Below, piece by piece: positions 55,530 through 64,000 of a DNA stretch of 64,000 bases (the stretch's first letter is position 1; every line of letters starts with the position of its first letter). This DNA is from Epiperipatus broadwayi (Eukaryota; Animalia; Onychophora), in NCBI GenBank assembly GCA_028023455.1, contig JAQFVV010000007.1, forward strand, positions 10,044,001 to 10,108,000. Reading direction: 5' to 3'. Both the position numbers and the translations under genes were made by a program. The notes beneath the pieces were generated by a model. The model made no database searches and was not told the origin of the DNA. It was given only the letters and a program-made list of their open reading frames with translations.

Positions 55530-56669
55530 TTGTAAATGATTATTAATGCATGTGAATTTTATGTCAGATATTGGAAATACAGCAACGTTGTTTTGATTGT
55601 TCATTTTAAAATTTGAATATAAAAAAGTGCAAAATATTTAAATATTACAAAAATAATATACATATATATTTTTGAAATATTTTATATTAAAATACTTTTA
55701 TTTAATTTGATTAAAAAAATCCAATTTTTTAAACCCACAGTTGGGATTGTAAAAGTATAAATTGTCCATAAATTAAATAATTCAATCACTACTTATAAAA
55801 CTAATTATTGAATTAATTAATTTATGAATACCTTTTGTTTTAAATTGTATATAACAATCAAAATTGTAATTAGAAGAAATAAATATTTTGGAATTTTTAA
55901 TGCATTACTGATGAAATTAAATAAATATGTTTTTTTAAAATAAAATATTGTATATTTATGTTTTTTCTTTATTTTCTTACTCTATTCATATTTAATACCT
56001 CTATATTCTATTATAATGTCCATTTGCAGTCATGAAAAATATTGCTAATTGTTATAAAAAAAATTTAAAATAATTATTGAAAGAAACATAATTAATCTAT
56101 TTTTATAACATAAAAAGTTTGATTCGCTTTTTATTTTACCTAAAATAAGATTACAAAAATATATATTTATAATTATATAAAAAAGCTTTTTTCAGCACTC
56201 AATTTCATATTTTTTTCAATGATATTTATCAATGTTAAATATGATGCTGATTGTAGGACAGTTGAAACTGTTAGAATAAAGTTGTGATATAAAAAATAGT
56301 ATTGTTAAAGTGTTCACGAAAGTTATAATGTAAAATGTTATTTGTTTTAACCGTTAATATATTATTGCATAAATATCATTTATTGTATAATAATAAAAAT
56401 ACTATTAATAAATAGTTATGGCTTTATTTCATTAGCGTTTGAATATGGGACTATAAACTGTCCCAAAAGCACTTGGTGGTAACTTTTGATAATTTTACTT
56501 ATGTTTTAATAGGTTCATTATCTGTGTGCAGAGCACATATATATATATTATTATTATTAATAAATAGTTAAAATAAAAGTTAGTAAATGAAGGTAGAAAT
56601 AAATTAGTTGTATAACATGACAATTATGAATAAAAACATACTTTATACTATTTATATGAAATAATAGCT

Positions 56670-58044
56670 TGGTATGTAAGATGGATGGATGAAATAAGAA
56701 AATGTGTAGGGGTGATGTGGAGAAGAGAAGCTAAAGATCGGAGAAGATGGATTAAACTTGGAGAGACCTTCATCCTGGAGTGGATTGATAATGGTTGATA
56801 ATGATGATGATGATGATTTATAAAATTACAAATTTAATGTAACGTTTTTAATAAATTCAAAAGAAGATATTTAAAGTTTAGAACATTCAAATAAAGATAT
56901 AGCAGAATTGAATTATATTTTGACTAACAGAAAATATGTATTTCAAGACTATAATGTTTTTAATAAATTCAATTCAGGAATTAATCACCAATTAGTAAGA
57001 TGTAAGATATGTGTTAATGGGAAACTAGAGTGGAAAAAACTTTAAAAAATAAATAAATAAATAAACGTTTCGAACCACCCCAATGAATTTAGTTTAAAAC
57101 TTACTGCTTTAAAATATTGAAAGAATTTGAAACTGCTTCAAATTTAATTAAGAGCAGTAATTGAGATTACTGTGTACCCTACCAAAAGTGTCAACAAAGA
57201 TAGCAGATAAAAAAGCAAAAAATTATCAATAAATTTTCTAATTAAGCATAACAATGCATGTACAAAAAACCAGCAATATAAAAATATTTCAAAATGATTC
57301 ATTAAGAAGAAGTAAATATCTGGAGTTCTGGTAAAAGATAAAAAAAAAAAAGTTAATAATGATATTAAAAAAGACTTTGAACTCACAAAGAAAGCTGTAG
57401 AAAAGACTAAAAGTTTCAAAATTATAAATTAGTATTGGAAGACAATTATTTCAATAATAATAAAAAATGAAGCTATTATTAAAAAGAGAGATAACATTCA
57501 TGGAATATGTGGAAGAATGATAAAGAACAAAACCATAAAGAAGAAAAAGACAACAGAGTAATCACTACAATTATTATATCTTCTGAATTTCTGGCCATTT
57601 AAAATGCAATTAAATCTATGAAGTAGAAAAAAAGCATGAGAAAATTATAAAATGATTGTTGATATGTTAGAAGATTTGTAAGTGAAAAAGAAAATATATC
57701 AAATGTCTAAAAGATAAAGATGTTTCAGCAGAAGTAACATCAACATTTAAAAAGGTGATAAAGAAAATGTTAGAAATTGCAAACCTATCCGTCTTCTATC
57801 AATTGTATATAAAATCTTTACCAAGATAATCATAACTCATCTACATCAAACTTTGGATTCAAACCCAACAAAAGAACAAACTGCATTGAAAAATGATTTT
57901 AGCATAATGGATTACATCAATTATTGAACATTATACCAAGAATCAATGACTATTTAGTTGTCATTATGTTTTAGATTTGTGGATTATGAAAAAGAATTTG
58001 ATTCTATAAGCAATTCTACAGTGATTAAATAACTGAAATACAGG
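56670..58044 (+). mobile_element. RTE LINE remnants (a 3' end at ~56670-56820 followed by an EN/RT middle fragment)
   Basis: WMDEIRK..WIKLGETFILEWID + (gat)n; then AELNYILTNRKY, KPIRLLSIVYKIFTKII, FVDYEKEFDS. Confidence 0.88.
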
Positions 58045-58437
58045 CTTATTATATACCTGTATTAATATATGTAATAGATAGGGTATATGAGCACAGACTT
58101 TCACATGATCCACCACTCACCACTCTATCTCACATCACTGATATACTTGAACACATATATGTTGAAAAGATAAATAATCACCAATATACATATTTCATGC
58201 TAAACCAGCAATCATCAGTTGGCCCAGATTATCATATCTACACATCTGAGCCCTTATTACATACATGCATAGAGATGATAATCAGGACCAACTGATTATT
58301 GCTGGTTTAGCATGAAATACTTATATTGTTGATTATTTATCTTTTTGACATATATGTGTTCAAGTGTATCAGTGATGTAAGATAGAGTGGTGAGTGGTGG
58401 GTCATGTGAAAGTCTGTGCTCATATACCCTATATATT
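58045..58437. mobile_element. Family-A foldback with a hammerhead in each arm
   Basis: Arms ~58045-58235 and ~58275-58437. The left arm carries the full terminus gcttattatatacctg. Hammerheads at 58180-58223 (minus, core intact) and 58287-58330 (plus, G8>U). Confidence 0.9.
58180..58223 (-). ncRNA. Minimal type-I hammerhead ribozyme (family A)
   Basis: GCCAA CTGATGA t TGCT ggttt AGCA t GAAA TATGTA TA TTGGT. Confidence 0.75.
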
Positions 58438-59279
58438 ACAGTGATTAAAGTTTTCAATCCTGTCAAGATGTTTATCAGGATGAAGCAGCAGTGATTACAT
58501 CACAAAATCATACCAAATTATTACTGATAAGGGTTTGTGACAAAGTATTTCCATATCTTCAAAACTTTTTACAATACTTTTATAAGAAGTGTGTTCATTT
58601 CATCTTCAAGAAAAAATGATAATAATAATAATAATAACAACAACAACAATAACAACAACAACAACAATATTAGAAATGAGTTTTGAGTTTAGTTCATTAT
58701 TCTGTTTATTTGATATTTTATGATGCTATCTTTTAATTTCTTCTGTCGGAAACCTCTTTCTGAATACATAATTGTATCTGTCCATCACATTCCATCCTCA
58801 CTTTTGTTTTCCCAATAAAAATAATCAATATTGCTTTTCCCACTGAAAATAATTAATATTGCGATTCTTTAGACTGTCTTTGAAACACTTTTTGTAAGTA
58901 AATGAGGTTTGCCTCTTTTATAAAAACCATAATCAAAAGCCACATAAAATACTTTTTTAGAAATCTTAAATTGTTTACTGTTTTGGTGACCAATGCAGAA
59001 GTATCCAATAATTTGTACTAAATGATGAAACGATGAAGGATAGACATGAAATATTCAAATTCGATGTTTGATTAGCCAGATGATTTTTTTTACTGTGTCT
59101 CTGTTGAAAAGAGGAAGGCAGAGCTATTTAATGCCTATATTCCATTTAACTATTCTTAGCGAATGTATAAAAGCTATAAGGAAAACTATCACCATTTGCA
59201 ATTCACTAGGCTTCTTTATCAGTGCTTTTTTTGGAGGGGTGTTGAAGTGAACAATTTATTTTATCCACATTGAGTTGAT

Positions 59280-60530
59280 TTTAAGTGAATGACTCTATTG
59301 TTTGGACGCTCATAAGAAGTTCGAACGCCGAAAGTTCCACTACTAAAATCGATCGAAGGATCTTGTACTCCAGAATCGAACCCTCTACCACTGTACGAAA
59401 CCACGCAGATATTACCCCCCCCCCCAGAGATAGATACTCATTCTATTGCACTAACAAAATATGGATTCAAAAATAAATTCTTTTGACGCTATGTGATGTT
59501 CTTAGATTTAATTTTGTTCGTAGGAAATTAATTATTTAAAAGAACCGTAGCAATTATTTATTAAGCAAGCCAACATTAGCTTTACTACCCCTGAGTTAAT
59601 GTGCTGAAAATGTATACTCTACGGCATATGCGTAAATGCGTTTTAAGTTTGTATATTATAAATATTATTTAAAAAAAAGACTAAAGAAAGAATAGTAAAA
59701 TAGTCAGATTGATTCCGTATTCCCAGCTGACAAGCGATAATTAATTCAGTTTAAAAGGATTCTGGCGGAGGAATGTGCTTCGCAAACGGAATGGTCTTAT
59801 CACTATTTTAAATAATAATTCAAGTGATCGGCTGGATATTTCCACCTTAAGAGAGAATTGTTCTATTGTCTGCCCTATCTGATCATGTGCTGATGACCGT
59901 GAAGCGAAACAAAAAAGGCGTAATGTATTTTGTGTGATAAGAAGGCTTTCAGCTCAGTTCGTTTTAGGCTTATCTTTGTGTGTGTGTGCGTGACGTAAAT
60001 GTGAAAGGACTTGCACTTGTGTGATCTGATTTGTAATTAGAAGAAACCTGTTGTCCAGGCTCACTCTTTGTTCTCTTGGATAATTTATCTCAAAAACTTT
60101 AATACTGCGGTCAACTCTGTATTGTAATGACAGTTCTGGGAACCGTTGGCTCCTCCCTTCAACTTTCGAATTCCTTTGTCTTCCACTTTCCTTTTGTTTA
60201 ACTTGAATGATGGTTTTGCATGTGCATGCGCCTGCAGCCAGTATTATTCTTATATATAGATAGTACAGATTAAATTGTTTATATCGTATATATGGCTATT
60301 ATAGATTATTTAAAGACCTTCATTATTTTATGACTGCAGCTAGAAATTAGATATTGGCGACTAACTGTTACCAATGGCTAAGAATTAGAACGATAAATTA
60401 GCGTCGCCACTTGTTTTTCGTATTTTATTTTTCTGTTACTTCAGCCTGCCTTTTGCAAGATAATATATATATATACAATACACACACACATGTACATAAA
60501 TGAATCATTTCACTTCCGGGAATTCAACTT
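59280..60530. promoter_or_regulatory. CpG-retaining region, candidate promoter or first exon
   Basis: Dense CpG relative to the rest of the window; TGACGTAA (CRE-like) at ~59991; gcatgcgcctgca (NRF1-like) at ~60224. Confidence 0.4.
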
Positions 60531-61079
60531 TTCCCCAATTAAAAGTTTCTTATGCTGGCTATGTTCCTTTTCAATAACTCAATAAACATATTTTGCCTTG
60601 CTCTCCAAAATTTAGTTGCAAATCTTCTTGTAGAAACAAACACAACTATATACGCTTTCAAATTGTTTTTTTTAATCAATTATCCCTCATCCCAATTTCA
60701 CACATTGCAATTATCGCCAGTGCAGAAACTCAGATACCCTTTACTACTATGCATGAATTTTGAGAATAACATTTACTCATCAAGTGGATTAAAATACCCA
60801 CATTGACTGTTTAATATTTTTTATTACAACATATAGATTCAGGTATTTGACATCTGTAGCTTAGCTGGTAAATACAGGTGATTCATGAAACACATGCATA
60901 GGGAGAGAGAGAATGGGCTGAATTTTGTATGGGTAGATGGTTGCAATATGAAGATATAAAGACTGCACTGATGAAAATGAAAAAGGCATATATTTATGCA
61001 TGTATTATTACTGCATTGAGTCCTGATGTTTAGGTAACATTTATTTAGGAGATTGAAAGACTTTCAAATTACAAATATG

Positions 61080-61850
61080 TGTGATAAAGCTATGTCTGCC
61101 TTCAGCATCTCTTCCTAATGAAAGCAACTAGTGTTGCATTTTTCTAGGGTGTCTCTCATCATCATAAATGAGGTATATCTTTTCCATACTTAAATTCATT
61201 ATAAAATGCATTTTTAAAAGTCTGTTACCATTCCTTCATTTCACATACCCATTCCAACAAAGAGTTCTAGTTTTTAAAAATATTATTTATATTAAACCAA
61301 AGTTTTGCATTCACAACATTTGTTGAATCATCTTTTGATTTGGCAAGAATAGCATAATGTATATTCCACATCTAGCAGATTGGTGTTAATGATATTCACA
61401 TCATATTTTTAGTAGTTTATAGATGTGTAATACAATTTTTCTATTACCTTTATGTTATGCTATGTCATAAGAAAACCAGGTCTCATTTTCATATGATAAA
61501 TTGGACAAAATAATTTTTATTATGGTAAAATTGGGATCTATGTCACATGTCAACACAAAAATCTGTTTTTTATTTAGAAGGATGAATATTTTTCTTCCAG
61601 TATTAACTGATTAAATGATAAAAGATTTGGTGTTCTTCTATCTTTTAACATCAATAACTGCAGAAATAGCATGTTGAAGTCTGTGTTACACCTTGACATC
61701 CAAATATGTTTTTTATATAAAAGGATGAAGATTTTTCTTCCATCAATAGTTGACAAAGGATGTGAGTTTCTTTGAATATAAATTACTAAATAAAATGAAA
61801 ACATTCCAAAGATCAGCTTTTGAATTGGAAAGAATAGTACAGTCAATAAA
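61080..61850 (-). mobile_element. Very old RTE/BovB-like LINE remnant
   Basis: RTLCWNGYVK*RNGNRLLKMHF (cf. QLRWAGHV.RM.D.RLPK..F). Confidence 0.35.
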
Positions 61851-61906
61851 ATATTACAAATCTTGAAATCAAAAATATGTTATTGTCCAAATTAAAAATA
61901 TCTCCA

Positions 61907-62317
61907 TAAAGCTATATTATATAGAGACTAACACTCCATTGAGTAGCACCACTCAGTGCAAGCCAGAATAATCAATGGATGCAAGAAGGTTTATGCATAA
62001 AATCTCCATCTAGTATCTAGTCATCCAATATACCCAGACTAGTTTTTGGTTTGTAGTTTACATTAGTGAAAAGCCTTAGATGCAGTTCTCTCACATCCAA
62101 GGCTCCTCGCTGATGAAATCCAAAAGCTAGAAACTAGTCTGAGGATATTGACTGATACACAAGATGGGGATTTATGGATAAACTTTCTTGCATCCATTGA
62201 TTACTCTGGCTTGTATAAATGGCATTATTGTATGGGGAGTTTAGTCTCTGTGTAAACAGCTTGTGTAAGCATAAAGAATGGTGATCATGTGATGTTTAAT
62301 GGTTTAAAGCTATATTA
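61907..62317. mobile_element. Family-F foldback with hammerhead and perfect 13-bp TSD
   Basis: Arms ~61921-62080 and ~62093-62250. The right arm has a ~55-nt extra tail. TSD taaagctatatta at 61907-61919 and 62305-62317. Confidence 0.9.
62105..62144 (+). ncRNA. Minimal type-I hammerhead ribozyme with ACTAGT palindromic stem III
   Basis: CCTCG CTGATGA a [atccaaaagcta] GAAA CTAG TC TGAGG: 5-bp stem I (one G-U), GUC triplet; stem II decayed. Confidence 0.7.
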
Positions 62318-62451
62318 CATCTGGTTGTTTTATTCATGAAGTCACCTATAATCTATTCTAAAGATTTCCATCATAAAAATAAAAACAGTTGTAGTCAACA
62401 AACAGTTTTAGTTGACATCAGTTTTCATTTCAAGTTTTAATTTTTTTTATG

Positions 62452-62525
62452 TGTCATAGCATCAGCCAGGAAGTGAACCCATTAACCCAGGATAACTGCT
62501 TGTAAGGCAGCTGTGCTGACATTTG
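62452..62525 (-). repeat. Decayed tRNA-derived SINE head related to 30525-30610
   Basis: gtcagcacagctgccttacaag...gggttcacttcctggctgatgctatg on the minus strand. Confidence 0.6.
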
Positions 62526-63261
62526 CATTAGTTTTCTTTTATTTATTCAAAAATATGTTTTACATCATGAGTGACATCCAATTAAGTTGAAAGAGCTAAT
62601 GTTTTTATCTTATCTATAAAACAATATATGAATATCAACTTTGGAAAGTATCAATGAAAACCATATCCCTGATGCTTTTTAATTTTCTAAAACCACAGTG
62701 AAGTCTGGGAACCATTCACCTGTGAGTGAAAGCAGTCTATTTAATAAAATACTTGAAATTACTTTTTCCATAGTGGATAATGGAGTATCATCATTCTATG
62801 GTCTTTTTTAATCAAAAAAATTGGAATAATACAGTCATCATTAAGCTTAGGTAGTATAACTTTATAGGTTCATATAGCTGTAAAAAAATTTCATTGTTAT
62901 GAAACAAAGACATCACCATATACTTTAACCCTTTTTTTATATTACTACTAATAACAATATCTTATGATTTTGTTAGTTTTCTCCCATGGAACCAAAATCA
63001 GCTCTCTTTACCCCACCCTATATCCATCAATGGCAATCTCAAATAGTCACTGATATAATGTTTCAAAATTTATAGCCTTAATCATATTTGTTGATTTTGC
63101 CCTTAGTAGTATATCATCAGAATCTAAAATTGAATAAGAATATTTGCTTTTTGTAGCATAGAAGTAAGTCAAGAAAATCCTGGGATATAGTTGTTGCTGT
63201 TGATACTAATCTTCTAGCTAAAGACTAGAAAGAGGCTTCAAGTTGGTACAAAGCTGAGATC

Positions 63262-63265
<4 letters not shown>

Positions 63266-63298
<33 letters not shown>
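63266..63298. repeat. (TA)n microsatellite
   Basis: Pure TA run. Confidence 0.95.
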
Positions 63299-63304
<6 letters not shown>

Positions 63305-63500
63305 CTAACATGGTGTCAGATGTAAATTATGGAGGAGAGTTGGTTTGAATTAAAATTCTTAGATTTTTTAAAATTTAGTCTTTAATTTTAGTAATAAAAT
63401 GAGTAATGGATGGGCTTTAGATGCAGAAATATATTAATTTCAGAAGTCCTGATGAGGAAAAATATAGATGTTTTGAAGTGGGCTTATAGATTAGTGTATG
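63305..63500 (+). mobile_element. Possible Gypsy-type LTR element start (PBS + gag remnant)
   Basis: aaca|TGGTGTCAGATGT resembles the Gypsy PBS TGGTGTCAGAAGT; downstream NFRSPDEEKYRCFE is weakly gag-like. Confidence 0.3.
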
Positions 63501-64000
63501 TTAATTTCTCAAGATTACAGTAGATGGCTCTGGATTCACATGAAGAGAAGTGCTTTTATTTTTGCTAGTAGTTAAATTAATATTCTTTTAGATTTTCAAA
63601 TAATAATGAGATTCTTTTAAATATTTGTTGTAATTCCTATTTATTAAAAAATAGCAATGTTTATTACTTAACTGTCAGAAATTAGCAATTATACTGGAAC
63701 ATTTAGAAGAATTTTTAGTTTAATTTCTAATTAAACAGAAAGTATTAAAGCTTTATATTGTGTATATTTAAAAGCTAGTTATTACATATTTGATTATATA
63801 ATACCTTTTAACTTAAAAATATATTGACCTTTTCTGACACTGGAGATTACTTTAATTATGTAGTCAGTGTTGCAATGAGTTTATCTCAAAACATTACATA
63901 TGACTATTTAAAACAGGCAAAACTCTCTATACGTATTGCCACTCAGTGCAAGCCAGAGTAATCAATGGATGCCAATACCTATAGATAGTTTTGCCTGTTT

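Noticed and set aside
59355-59400. tRNA-like fragment (tacagtggtagagggttcgattctgg, minus strand)
   Set aside because: A- and B-box-like pieces are adjacent with no anticodon arm; too short to call.

Overview
AT-rich (about 25-30% GC by eye), strongly CpG-depleted animal genomic DNA, probably invertebrate; mostly intronic or intergenic and densely filled with decayed transposons. One host coding exon is well supported: a matrin/U1-type C2H2 zinc finger (ZNF385/ZMAT/ZNF346-like, 14226-14392, + strand), with a few candidate upstream mini-exons. Mobile DNA includes RTE-clade LINE fragments (one a twin-priming-type 5' inversion with TSD), Penelope-like elements (PLE; RT + GIY-YIG), a Tigger/pogo transposase pseudogene, a hAT MITE, tRNA-derived SINE heads, and weak BEL/Pao, Gypsy and BovB-like remnants. 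The most notable signal is a Penelope-associated system. Several families carry minimal type-I hammerhead ribozyme motifs with palindromic stem III, and they are repeatedly inserted as outward-facing foldbacks. Five of these are flanked by 12-18 bp direct repeats, with one arm carrying an extra 3' tail. They range from 0.2-0.6 kb non-coding units to a 3.9-kb RT/GIY-YIG palindrome whose 3' UTR contains a tRNA-like Pol III cassette just upstream of the ribozyme. All alignments, folds and identities were judged by eye; boundaries of degenerate elements are approximate.
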